IMG/VR virus record: IMGVR_UViG_3300006947_000003
Coordinates: 1 to 64,000 of that record
Direction: 5' to 3' (one strand)
From: a virus
DNA length: 64,000 bases
The notes under the pieces were generated by a model. The model was not told the origin of the DNA. It saw only the letters and a list, made by a program, of their open reading frames with translations, and searched no databases. This document shows, in pieces, positions 18,407 to 27,686 of this stretch. Position 1 is the first letter of the stretch, and each line of letters opens with the position of its first letter. The position numbers and the translations under genes were made by a program.

Positions 18407-18803
18407 ACCATTTATACCAATCTGGTTTTTGTGCTATTCGCTCTCTTATTCGTTCACGAATAAGTACTAAATCTTTATCTGTAGGTTGCCAATCATTATA
18501 CAATTCATCTGGCCACTGTTCTCTTTTAAACTTGCGGTCTATGTTAGGTTTCATTCCTCTACGTCTCATTTCTTTAACAAGTTCTATATATCTTTTGTGT
18601 AAATACTCGCCTTTGTTATAAAAGAATTTAACGTGTCCAGTATTAAGTGTAAAGTTGTCAGGTAATGTTTGTTTTGTTTTATTCCAGTTAGGAGATCTGA
18701 GTGAACGCTGTAATGACGAACCAACCATAAAGATTTCTCTGTATTCTGCTACCAAATGTTGATTGGATAATTCGTCTGGTTGTACTAAATTAATTCTAGT
18801 CAT
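18399..18803 (-). CDS. denV: Pyrimidine-dimer DNA glycosylase / endonuclease V
   Basis: MTRINL..LSNQHLVAEYREI..FTLNTGHVKFFYNK..YLHKRY..RIAQKPDWY, the T4 DenV signature. Confidence 0.96.
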   Translation of the reverse strand: MTRINLVQPDELSNQHLVAEYREIFMVGSSLQRSLRSPNWNKTKQTLPDNFTLNTGHVKFFYNKGEYLHKRYIELVKEMRRRGMKPNIDRKFKREQWPDELYNDWQPTDKDLVLIRERIRERIAQKPDWYKWYE

Positions 18804-18811
18804 TTTGTTTC

Positions 18812-19477
18812 TTATACATTATAGTATACCTCCTGTAACCAATCGAAGTCGTTGATTTTAGTAACGTCGCCACCGTCTAGTACATATTTCTTTCCATCAT
18901 TGGCACCGTCAACACTTGATTGCCCGTGTGGGCCACGTCCTACAGTACACCAAGCCTCTAATCGTTCCTCTGTTTCCTTTTGATTTTGTCTGTCAATAAG
19001 TCCGCTTTGTAGTTTAACACATTCTCTAAACGCTGACTTCCAAGTGTTATAAGCATCAGTATCTGCTGACACAGTACTTGCTACAACTTGTACAGCTTTA
19101 AATTTATCACTAACACTAGTTGTAAAGTCTGTAACTTTTTTACCTGCTAATGCTAATACTTTCTCAGTAGGGAATAATTTAATACCATTGTTACCGTATG
19201 TTAATCCGTTAACAGGATTCTCTGCCCGCCATACATGAACTACATCTCTGTTCCATTTGTCAGGCCTATATGTAAAATTAAAGTCGCCATTGACAATAGT
19301 ATCTGCTTCAACGTGCCAGTACATACTTGTTCTAGAAACTTTAGCACATTCTATATGAGCATTGACTAAACCTTTAACTCCGTGTACACGTTGAGACCAG
19401 GGAAAACGGTCAACTAACTTTTGCCAGTTCTCATCAGCGTTGGACTCTTGATAACTCATGTAGATAATATCAAACAT
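18812..19477 (-). CDS. Glycosyltransferase-like (GT-A type) phage protein
   Basis: RVHGVKG..AH..VEAD..NPVNGLTYGNNGIKL..AFRE; paralog of 34857..35777. Confidence 0.55.
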   Translation of the reverse strand: MFDIIYMSYQESNADENWQKLVDRFPWSQRVHGVKGLVNAHIECAKVSRTSMYWHVEADTIVNGDFNFTYRPDKWNRDVVHVWRAENPVNGLTYGNNGIKLFPTEKVLALAGKKVTDFTTSVSDKFKAVQVVASTVSADTDAYNTWKSAFRECVKLQSGLIDRQNQKETEERLEAWCTVGRGPHGQSSVDGANDGKKYVLDGGDVTKINDFDWLQEVYYNV

Positions 19478-19478
19478 T

Positions 19479-19742
19479 TTAGCCTTCTTCTTCCATCATC
19501 TTTTCCCAAGCGATAGTCATACTGTTAAACATTAAATCATAATGAAACTTTGCTCTATCTTCTTCATTTAAGTCACCATCATAGTCGGCTTGTAGTTCAT
19601 CAGCAAGAACTTCTGCAAAGTGTTCTATGTCTGCTTCATCTTCTATTGTTTCTATATGATGTCCATAATAGTTTTCTACTGTTTCGTAGTCTGACTCTAG
19701 TGCAATTGCAAAATGTTTTATTAGTGTATCTTCTTCTACCAT
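19479..19742 (-). CDS. Hypothetical very acidic protein
   Basis: Probable start MVEEDTLIKH overlapping the metK stop; D/E-rich. Confidence 0.6.
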   Translation of the reverse strand: MVEEDTLIKHFAIALESDYETVENYYGHHIETIEDEADIEHFAEVLADELQADYDGDLNEEDRAKFHYDLMFNSMTIAWEKMMEEEG

Positions 19743-20827
19743 CCAATCTTCTCCCATGGTACATCTTTGTCGCCAAAGTGTCCGTATACACAATTCTCAC
19801 TATATCCATAAAAGTTAAATAAATCAAACCTATCAATAATACCTTTTGGTGTAAGGTCAATATTTTCTCTAATATACTTTTGAATACTTTTATTATGTCC
19901 GTTGCTGTCAATGTAAATGCTTGTTGGTTCTTTTACACCGATAGCATATGATAGTTGTATTTGGCACCAGTCAGCCATATCGTCTGCTACAACATTCTTT
20001 GCTAACCAACGTGCCATATATGTAGCACTACGATCTACTTTCGTAGGGTCCTTTCCAGAAAAAGCACCACCACCATGAGGAGCGAAACCACCATAGGTGT
20101 CCACGATAATTTTTCGTCCTGTAACTCCGGTGTCTCCATCAGGTCCGCCAATAACAAAATTGCCAGTAGGATTAATATGCCATGTAGTGTTTTCATCAAT
20201 TAAATCTCCCAGTACTTCACGTGCCGCATCCTTGATGGGCATTCTTATACTATCACCGAACCCTTTTTTGTGCTGATGAGATACTACAATTTGGTCAACA
20301 CGCTTTGGTACTCCGCCGCTGTATTCTATGCTTACTTGACTTTTAGCATCTGGTAGCATATAGTCGTAACCTGACTTACGCTTCTCATTGAGATTTTTTA
20401 ATATCTCGTGACTGTAATAAATCGGAGCAGGTAAGAAAGACCCGTTATCGAGACAGGCATAACCAAACATAAGACCTTGATCGCCGGCACCAAACTCATC
20501 TGTGCCTAATCCAATGTCGCCACTTTGGCTATGTATAAGATTATTAATTTTTAGATTTTCGTAATGGAACCCGTCTTGTTTGTATCCAATCTCTTTAACT
20601 TTGTCACGAATAAGTTGTTCTATTTCGTCGGGTGTTACATTAAAGTTTTTTACTTCGCCTGCAATTGTAACATGATTAGTAGTTACAAGTGTTTCAACCG
20701 CAACACGAGTAGTTTCGTCTCCTGCTTTTAGACCAGCATCTACTAACGTATCACTGATTTGATCTGCTACTTTATCTGGATGACCAGCACTTACTGACTC
20801 ACTTGTAAAAGTGTAATTATTTTCCAT
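19736..20827 (-). CDS. metK: S-adenosylmethionine synthetase
   Basis: FTSESVSAGHPDK, GAGDQG, PDAKSQV, GGPDGDTGVTGRKIIVDTYGG, GGGAFSGKDPTKVDRS. Confidence 0.98.
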   Translation of the reverse strand: MENNYTFTSESVSAGHPDKVADQISDTLVDAGLKAGDETTRVAVETLVTTNHVTIAGEVKNFNVTPDEIEQLIRDKVKEIGYKQDGFHYENLKINNLIHSQSGDIGLGTDEFGAGDQGLMFGYACLDNGSFLPAPIYYSHEILKNLNEKRKSGYDYMLPDAKSQVSIEYSGGVPKRVDQIVVSHQHKKGFGDSIRMPIKDAAREVLGDLIDENTTWHINPTGNFVIGGPDGDTGVTGRKIIVDTYGGFAPHGGGAFSGKDPTKVDRSATYMARWLAKNVVADDMADWCQIQLSYAIGVKEPTSIYIDSNGHNKSIQKYIRENIDLTPKGIIDRFDLFNFYGYSENCVYGHFGDKDVPWEKIGW

Positions 20828-20848
20828 ATGTTATACTCCTTTGTGTAC

Positions 20849-20866
20849 TGTTGTATTTTTACAACA
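20849..20866. promoter_or_regulatory. 18-bp palindrome TGTTGTATTTTTACAACA in the metK leader (second copy at 60457..60474)
   Basis: 7-bp arms with a 4-nt centre, just upstream of the AAAGGAG RBS of metK; identical copy 39.6 kb away. Confidence 0.6.
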
Positions 20867-20925
20867 TCTTTAAGACCGCCGCAACCACATTGGCTCTTTA
20901 TTGCTTTACCACTTAATTAGTTTAT

Positions 20926-20954
20926 ATTATAACAAATATTAGAGAGTTTGTCAA
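20926..20954 (-). promoter_or_regulatory. Consensus sigma70 promoter for metK
   Basis: TTGACA (20954-20949, overlapping the upstream stop codon), 17 bp, TATAAT (20931-20926) with an extended -10 TG. Confidence 0.85.
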
Positions 20955-22465
20955 GAGCAAACTCTAACTTTATATTCTGTTTCAAACCTATCAGCATCTT
21001 CGCGGGTGTCAACCATTGGCTCGCCCCTGATATTGAGGCTTGTATTAAGTAGCATAGGACAACCGGTTAGTGTAAACCACTTTTCTAATAGTTGTCTCAC
21101 ACCACTTTCGCTGTTTTCTGGAACAGTTTGTACCCTACTAGTACCGTCTACGTGTACAATAGCAGGAAATTCTTCTGGCTTTTTACAGTTAGCAACGACT
21201 TGCATGTATGGTGATGTTGGTAAGTTTTTTGGCATTTCAAAATATTGATCTACAAATTCTTCCATAATTATTGGAGCAAATGGTCTAAATTTTTGCCTAC
21301 GTTTAATATCATTTACTTGATCTTTAATGTCTTCACCCCGAGGGTCTGCTAATAAACTTCTATTACCTAATGCTCTAGGTCCAAACTCTGCTCTGCCACT
21401 TGCTACACCTACTATTTTATTTGTGCTCAATTCGTTTAGTAAGTCGTCGACTGGATAGTCACCTTCAATGTTTGTACCTAAGTAAGGATGAGACCAGCGT
21501 ACATGTTTGCCGTATACTTTTGCCGCGGCACCTAAACTACTACCACAGTCTCCTGGGTTGGGCATTATCCAAACATTATCCCACCACTTGCCTAAGTTTC
21601 TATTATATAAACAGTTAAGGGCAACACCACCCTGATATACCAGGTTATTACTTTTGCCTAACTTTTTAGCACGAGCCATTACTTCGTCAATTAATTTTTC
21701 AACAACTGCTTGGGTACTTGCGGCAATATCCATTTCGTCTATATCTTTTAAGAATTCTTCGTCAACACCGGTGTGTAAGTTCTGTGTAAATTTTACATCA
21801 CCTATATCTTTAATAAGACTATTTTTAATAGTGTGTTCAACATCTGTGGCATTTTTGCCATGGCCTGCCATTCCCATCAAAATATATTCTTCGTCTTGTG
21901 GGCGTAGCCCGAGTCGTCCTGTCATTGCTGAATAATATAATCCTATAGAGTGAGGGTACTTTTGACTCCATAATTTTTTATAATCTACTTCACCATACCT
22001 TCCCATCATAGGAAATTTATTATATGTTGCTGACCAAATAGAAATAGTATCCCATTCTCCGATAGCATCTATTACTACAACTGTAGCATCCTGGAAGGGA
22101 GATGTTTGAAACCCAGAAGCAACATGTGACATATGATGATTGAGTGTGTGAACCTTTTTAGGTAACATATCATAATATGATCCAAAGTGCTTTTTTAAAG
22201 TTTGTTTAATTGTCCATGTTGACCCTTTTTTATATCCCTGTCCGGCATATATTTCTCTTGTCTTTTTCTTCCATGGTGTTTCGTAATATGCTACACAATC
22301 AAATGGACCATGCTTAAATGCTTCTTCGATTATTTCTGGACATAAATTTTTATCGTGTTTCTTTTTACTAAAGCGTTCACTGTGTCCAGCAAATAAAATT
22401 TTATCGTTGTGTAATACAGTTAGGCCAGCATCGTGAAATCCTGCACTCACACCTAGTATCTTCAT
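20951..22465 (-). CDS. O-carbamoyltransferase (NodU/CmcH/TobZ family)
   Basis: GFHDAG..SERFSKKKHD, HHMSH, DAIGE, EYILMGMA, GGVALNC, PGDCGSSLG, EFGPRALGNRS, RQKFRPFAP, HVDGTSRVQTV, LNTSLN. Confidence 0.95.
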   Translation of the reverse strand: MKILGVSAGFHDAGLTVLHNDKILFAGHSERFSKKKHDKNLCPEIIEEAFKHGPFDCVAYYETPWKKKTREIYAGQGYKKGSTWTIKQTLKKHFGSYYDMLPKKVHTLNHHMSHVASGFQTSPFQDATVVVIDAIGEWDTISIWSATYNKFPMMGRYGEVDYKKLWSQKYPHSIGLYYSAMTGRLGLRPQDEEYILMGMAGHGKNATDVEHTIKNSLIKDIGDVKFTQNLHTGVDEEFLKDIDEMDIAASTQAVVEKLIDEVMARAKKLGKSNNLVYQGGVALNCLYNRNLGKWWDNVWIMPNPGDCGSSLGAAAKVYGKHVRWSHPYLGTNIEGDYPVDDLLNELSTNKIVGVASGRAEFGPRALGNRSLLADPRGEDIKDQVNDIKRRQKFRPFAPIIMEEFVDQYFEMPKNLPTSPYMQVVANCKKPEEFPAIVHVDGTSRVQTVPENSESGVRQLLEKWFTLTGCPMLLNTSLNIRGEPMVDTREDADRFETEYKVRVCS

Positions 22466-23652
22466 AGGTATTCTCCAAATCTCTTGTCTAAATCTAGTAG
22501 GTTAGTAGACCGTTGTTTATCCATAGCTTTAGTAAGTAATGTTAATGATTGGCCTTTTGCGGCAATTGGTGCCTGACGTGTGAGTATACAATTAGTACAT
22601 TGTTGAATAAATTTTATTGTGTGGTTGTTGCGAGCTGTTTGTTCAATTGTATTTAGTTCTTCGACTAACTGAGTTCGATGTTCGTCAGTTAAGTTCCCGA
22701 TATCAAATCCCGTAGGCCATTCTAACGGTATAGCAAAGCTAGGTTGATTCCAATTTTCATATGTATCATACATTGTATCTAACCATTTAGCATACTCTCC
22801 TATGCCAAACACATTATACATCTGAAGTACGAAATTTGCCCCCATGCCAGCGGCGTGTGGTGCTAGTCTACCTATGTTCTTAGTTAACTTATTCCAATTA
22901 CCGTATGTTCGTATATACTCGTAATTAGATCCATAACCGTCAATACTAAATCGTAAGTTTGTATTAAAGTGAGCAATCCTTTCTAGGAAACTTTTTCTAG
23001 CGTTAGTGCCATTTGTTGTTATACTAATATGTACTTCTGGTCCTTTATCCAACTCGATCATTCTATCCATTAACGCTAAACAGTTTTCATCTAGAGTTGG
23101 CTCACCTCCTAACATGCGAATATTAGTAATGCCTATTAAGTATTCTTTTGGCGGCACAGCAAACGTGGGAGGTTCTAATCCATCTGCTATATCTCGTTCA
23201 CCGTATAGTTCAACTAGTGTTTGACTCTCTCCAGCGTGTTCTGCAATTAAACTCGAGTCAACCGGTGTACACATTCTACACATGAGGTTACATTTATTAT
23301 TTGGTCTTACATCTAGTTGTAGTACAGGAGGTTTGTCACCAAATTGTTCTAGTACTTGTTCTTCGCTTTCTAATTTAAAAGTTTGTACAGCAACTTGCCT
23401 ATGGCTTTGTTTTTGATTGCTCTCATCTCTTTCGCATTTGCGGCAAGCAGTAGGCCATTCATCATCTCTAAAGTTTTGCTTTAGGTTTTCCCAATAAGGT
23501 TCTGTAAATCTTCCATCCATGGCTTCTTGTAAACTATTAGCTGTTATAGATTCTACAGCATCACAGCATACTTTTATTCTATGACCCTTAGGATGATTCC
23601 TACCTCTATAGTATAAGTTCATATAAGGATATGGACAAAATAATTTACTCAT
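22462..23652 (-). CDS. Radical SAM protein, N-terminal twitch/SPASM-like domain
   Basis: CPYPY..VCC..CRKCERDE..SHR; CNLMCRMC; LGGEP; AGGAG RBS before ATG 23652. Confidence 0.9.
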   Translation of the reverse strand: MSKLFCPYPYMNLYYRGRNHPKGHRIKVCCDAVESITANSLQEAMDGRFTEPYWENLKQNFRDDEWPTACRKCERDESNQKQSHRQVAVQTFKLESEEQVLEQFGDKPPVLQLDVRPNNKCNLMCRMCTPVDSSLIAEHAGESQTLVELYGERDIADGLEPPTFAVPPKEYLIGITNIRMLGGEPTLDENCLALMDRMIELDKGPEVHISITTNGTNARKSFLERIAHFNTNLRFSIDGYGSNYEYIRTYGNWNKLTKNIGRLAPHAAGMGANFVLQMYNVFGIGEYAKWLDTMYDTYENWNQPSFAIPLEWPTGFDIGNLTDEHRTQLVEELNTIEQTARNNHTIKFIQQCTNCILTRQAPIAAKGQSLTLLTKAMDKQRSTNLLDLDKRFGEYL

Positions 23653-24967
23653 AGTACTCCTTGAACTCTGGGAAGGTTTTAACAAAGTCTGTTCCTCTCC
23701 GTTTGTCTAGTTCGTGTACATATGATTTTAAATCTTCTCGTTGTTTAGTAAAATCGTTCTGTTGCTGATGCTTCCAGTACTTGTATATACGTTCCATCTT
23801 AGCAGTCTCATCTTCGTCGAACCATTTAGATTTAGCCATGTACTTCCAGCTTTTCTCTATAAGGTCACCCTCTTTCATAATTTTACAGTCTAAAAATTCA
23901 GGATGTCTAACATAAGGAATATCTACGTAGACTGATTCTTTACCGTACCGCTCTCTTATAAGTTCAATGTCTTTCATGAACATTGTAAAACTGCTAATAC
24001 TTAATGCATTATAGGCACACATGAAAGTGATCGGAACTTCTGGTAAAGTTTCGATACATTGTGCTACACGTCTAATAAATTCATCGTAGTTCATACCAAA
24101 TCTAATGTAATCGTTTTTATCGTCCCATGCTTCTGCTGATGTGTATATTTCTAACTTGCGAAGTTTATTACTATCTAATATTTCTCGGGATTGTTTTAAA
24201 AACTTATTAAATAGTTTATCAGGTACGCCAAAATTAGCATTAATACCTAACAGTAAATTAGTATTTGGTTCTTCTGCTTCTTGAATATAATCTAATACTT
24301 TAAAAGTATTCTTGTTCATTAACGGCTCACCACCTGTTATTCTAAACGTGTGTAAGCTCTGATACAGTCTAGGCCACCATTTCCAAAATGCTTCTTGGTA
24401 AGGATTGTGTTCACGTTCTGGTATAGGCATTTGGCCTGCATGTTCTAGCCATTCTAAGTTGTTATACTTGTTGCTTGTTGGATACGGTCCATGCTGTTTA
24501 ATTTCTTCCATCCATTTAGAACTAATATGTGGAGCACAATAGATACACTTAAAGTTACAAGCATTACCAAAACTTACTTCAACGTATGTAGGATCAAAGT
24601 CTTCGTCGCCTTCCATTGCTGCAATTTTATTAAAGTGCGGTTCACTCCAACTAAAGCTACTTTTATAATGCCTATCGCTTAACATCTCAGGAGCCGCATC
24701 TTCTACTCTCCAACAGTAATCGCATTCTTTAGGACGCACACCGTTAAGCATTTCCTTGCGGCGTTCTTTTTTAAACTTTGTATTATGTAAAGCACTAGGG
24801 TTTACTTCTAGTTCCTCTAGAGGAATTTTATGTGTACTCGGATGATGACAACTCTGTGTATGACCGTTTTGTAAATGTAAAGTTACTTGGGTCCATTTGG
24901 CAAGGCACAGGCTTGGACTTTTCTCGTCTAACCTCTTTTGCATTTCGCGCCAGTTTTTATTCGCCAC
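23645..24967 (-). CDS. Radical SAM protein (CLAKW/SCHH variant N-terminal domain)
   Basis: CLAKW..SCHHP..CDYCWRVE..SDR; CNFKCIYC; TGGEP. Confidence 0.9.
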   Translation of the reverse strand: MANKNWREMQKRLDEKSPSLCLAKWTQVTLHLQNGHTQSCHHPSTHKIPLEELEVNPSALHNTKFKKERRKEMLNGVRPKECDYCWRVEDAAPEMLSDRHYKSSFSWSEPHFNKIAAMEGDEDFDPTYVEVSFGNACNFKCIYCAPHISSKWMEEIKQHGPYPTSNKYNNLEWLEHAGQMPIPEREHNPYQEAFWKWWPRLYQSLHTFRITGGEPLMNKNTFKVLDYIQEAEEPNTNLLLGINANFGVPDKLFNKFLKQSREILDSNKLRKLEIYTSAEAWDDKNDYIRFGMNYDEFIRRVAQCIETLPEVPITFMCAYNALSISSFTMFMKDIELIRERYGKESVYVDIPYVRHPEFLDCKIMKEGDLIEKSWKYMAKSKWFDEDETAKMERIYKYWKHQQQNDFTKQREDLKSYVHELDKRRGTDFVKTFPEFKEYYE

Positions 24968-25661
24968 TATATAGATCCTTTAATAATTGGAATGTTTCGT
25001 CGGGACCAGTTACATGATAAAACTTATCGTATAACCTTAACATTTCTACTAACGGATAGTCATTGCCTGTAGTCTCACATCGATCACCAAAAAATACTAA
25101 AGGCGTTCCTATAGTATTATAAACTTGTGATTTATTTCTACCCTTCATGAATATATCTAAACTAGTGTTTCCGCCAATTGATGCCTCAAAGCCTGGAAAC
25201 TTTTTATTAAACCTTTGTGATATGTCTAATCGTTCACCGTGTTCGTTATCCCACTCAAAGTAAACATCTCTGGCTTCTTCGGGCATATCTCGTCCAGCTA
25301 TACAAAAGTTAATTACGCCTACACGTTTTTCAATATGATTACCATATCTATGTGGGTAAGCACTTTTTTCTAATTCGTTTTCTAACCATCCTATCATATC
25401 TTCTGGTGGTGTAAAGTTTGTTTGTGCTATAGGAATACCATATCGCCATACATCATTGCCAGCACACTGGAAAGCCATGCTACAATTATCTACAATCTCT
25501 GGTCCTATTTGTTCTATTGTTTTTGGTCTGTCACTGCCTGTTACGAGGTAAACAGTTTTATCTTTCATCCAATCAATAAACCAAGACTTAAAGTCGGGGT
25601 CCATTAGTTGTCTAGCATGAGTTAATGTTCCGTCTACGTCGAAAACAAAATTCTTTTCCAT
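24957..25661 (-). CDS. Phosphomannomutase, HAD-IIB (eukaryote-type PMM family)
   Basis: FDVDGTLT, VTGSD, HIEKR..INF...GR, GGNTSLDI, FFGDR...GNDY. Confidence 0.85.
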   Translation of the reverse strand: MEKNFVFDVDGTLTHARQLMDPDFKSWFIDWMKDKTVYLVTGSDRPKTIEQIGPEIVDNCSMAFQCAGNDVWRYGIPIAQTNFTPPEDMIGWLENELEKSAYPHRYGNHIEKRVGVINFCIAGRDMPEEARDVYFEWDNEHGERLDISQRFNKKFPGFEASIGGNTSLDIFMKGRNKSQVYNTIGTPLVFFGDRCETTGNDYPLVEMLRLYDKFYHVTGPDETFQLLKDLYSGE

Positions 25662-25662
25662 A

Positions 25663-26217
25663 TTATGATCCTAAATATTCTACTGCCTTGATGACAGGGA
25701 CACCTGCTTGTAGTACCCTGGCCTCTCCGCCTACCTCAGGCAAGTTAACCACACAACCAAATGCTAATACATTAGCTCGCCATTCACGTTGTATGATATT
25801 AATAACAGCTAACGCAGTACCGCCTGTTGCTAGTAAGTCGTCTATTATAATAACATTCTCTCCGTCGTGGATAGAATCAGATTGTATTTCCAATGTTGCT
25901 GAACCGTATTCTAATTTAAATTCTTGTCCGTGTACAGCACCTGGAAGTTTGCCCTTTTTTCTAGCTAGTACTAATGGCACATTAAATCTATGTGCTAATA
26001 CACCGCCGAATATAAATCCCCTAGCATCAACGGCCACAATACGATCAACCTTATGTTTGTATTTTAGCATACGATCATACATAAAGTTTTGTGCTAATCT
26101 CAAACCAGGCCCATTACATAAACTAGAAGTATCTTTAAAGTCTACTCCCTTGACTGGCCAATCAGGATATGTTTTAATATAATCCTTAATTAGTTTTCTG
26201 TTTTTGCCATCAGCCAT
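25663..26217 (-). CDS. apt: Adenine phosphoribosyltransferase
   Basis: PDWPVKGVDFKD, DARGFIFG, ARKKGKLPG, LEYG, IIDDLLATGGT PRPP motif. Confidence 0.95.
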   Translation of the reverse strand: MADGKNRKLIKDYIKTYPDWPVKGVDFKDTSSLCNGPGLRLAQNFMYDRMLKYKHKVDRIVAVDARGFIFGGVLAHRFNVPLVLARKKGKLPGAVHGQEFKLEYGSATLEIQSDSIHDGENVIIIDDLLATGGTALAVINIIQREWRANVLAFGCVVNLPEVGGEARVLQAGVPVIKAVEYLGS

Positions 26218-27337
26218 TGTCGATAGCTTTCCTTAGTTCCTCTACACCTGCCCTAATACCTTTAGGGTGTGTGTGGATTGCGCCGCCTACATTTGCCATC
26301 CAGTCGTTGCCGAATTTTTCTCTAATAACAGGAATTAAATCCTTTGTCATGCCGCAACTAAATGCCGGAGTAAGATTTTGTTCTAAACAAACATTTTGAA
26401 TATTTTTAAGTTCTTCATACCCCATGTCCATATAGCCGCCGTACATACCAGCGTGAATTGTATCACATCCTATGAGGCCTGCTAACTTACACATAACTGC
26501 CCATTCAATTCTGTAGGCATTGTACTTGCTTGTAAGAACTTTATCGCCACTCTTTTGAAAGTGTATGAATGTTCCATTGTCTTCGTCTCTAATAGCCTTG
26601 TAAGCACCCATGCCACTCCAGAAGTTAATATGTACTCCCATACCTCCCCATCCACTAACAGTTCTTGCTTTGTCCATTAATGTGTGCGGATCTGAATTAA
26701 TACAATAACAATAAACAGTTTTAGATCCATCAATGATAGGCTGTACTATGCCGATCCTTTCTTCAAGGGTTAAACAAGCAGGGTTGCTCATAATCTCATC
26801 TTCTTTAATAAAATCAGTGCCGCCATCTACCATTTGTTGTACAATATCTTTTAATGTAGCAGGAGAAAGTCCTGTTTTTGGTTTAACAATAGTACCTAAT
26901 AACGGTTTATCATATTGTTGAACGTGATCTCTAAAGCCAGTGAGACCGTATGCTGGCGCTGATAAATCTGCTTTGACTCTATCAATATTAATATCAGTCC
27001 AATGACATTGCTGTATAATGTCAATGTCCATTTGCCCTCCCATCACAGTACACATTAGTTGAGCTATGCCATCTGCATACCAATCAATGTTTCTATAAGG
27101 CCAGGCAATTTCGACTACACCTGCTTGAACAACTGCTAAGTCATCTGGGTCAGCTATAATCTTAGCACTATGATTTTCCATCATTTCCGTTGTTTCATAT
27201 TTACTTCGCACAGACGGGTTACCGATACTTTGTCCTATTGCTAATCCTTCGGCCGCTTCTTTTAGTGTTGTTTTACTTTGTAAAAAGAAGTGACAGCTAA
27301 AGTGATCTTCGGGTTTATTTGCTCTATATATTTCCAT
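26210..27337 (-). CDS. RuBisCO-like protein (form IV, RLP)
   Basis: PLLGTIVKPKTGL, GGTDFIKEDE, GCDTIHAG, PAFSCG, NVGGAIHTHPKG; no loop-6 Lys. Confidence 0.9.
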   Translation of the reverse strand: MEIYRANKPEDHFSCHFFLQSKTTLKEAAEGLAIGQSIGNPSVRSKYETTEMMENHSAKIIADPDDLAVVQAGVVEIAWPYRNIDWYADGIAQLMCTVMGGQMDIDIIQQCHWTDINIDRVKADLSAPAYGLTGFRDHVQQYDKPLLGTIVKPKTGLSPATLKDIVQQMVDGGTDFIKEDEIMSNPACLTLEERIGIVQPIIDGSKTVYCYCINSDPHTLMDKARTVSGWGGMGVHINFWSGMGAYKAIRDEDNGTFIHFQKSGDKVLTSKYNAYRIEWAVMCKLAGLIGCDTIHAGMYGGYMDMGYEELKNIQNVCLEQNLTPAFSCGMTKDLIPVIREKFGNDWMANVGGAIHTHPKGIRAGVEELRKAIDNG

Positions 27338-27355
27338 AATGTTATTATACCTTCT

Positions 27356-27685
27356 TTAGTTCTGAATGTCAAATGAATATTTGTCATCTGTGTTACAAAT
27401 ATCCTTTACTACTATTACTTTAATGTCTGTTAAAAATTCTACAATGCTTACTTCATAAGGTTCAATAACAAAAATATCATTTGCTTTCAAGTGTTTGCCG
27501 TTACAAATCATTTCGCCTTCTATAATAAATGTTACTTCTCGTTGTTCCTTATGAAAATGATCTTGGTGGAACTCACCTTTAGTGTGTGTATGATATGCTA
27601 CTTCAAAGTTGGCGGGCATTGCCGTTGTTGGAAAGTCCCCAACAAACCAACCTTTGAACATATCTTTAAAGTCAAATGTTTTCAT
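27356..27685 (-). CDS. Cupin-domain protein
   Basis: KGWFVGDF..HQDHFHKEQREVTFIIEG cupin motif; probable start MKTFDF at 27685. Confidence 0.75.
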   Translation of the reverse strand: MKTFDFKDMFKGWFVGDFPTTAMPANFEVAYHTHTKGEFHQDHFHKEQREVTFIIEGEMICNGKHLKANDIFVIEPYEVSIVEFLTDIKVIVVKDICNTDDKYSFDIQN

Positions 27686-27686
27686 G

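Noticed and set aside
20828-20925. Annotating a known SAM riboswitch class
   Set aside because: Conserved cores of SAM-I/II/III/V and SAM-SAH were not matched by eye; kept only as a candidate finding
26210-27337. Bona fide CO2-fixing RuBisCO
   Set aside because: It lacks loop-6 Lys and the HR phosphate-binding motif, is only 375 aa, and no PRK or small subunit is present
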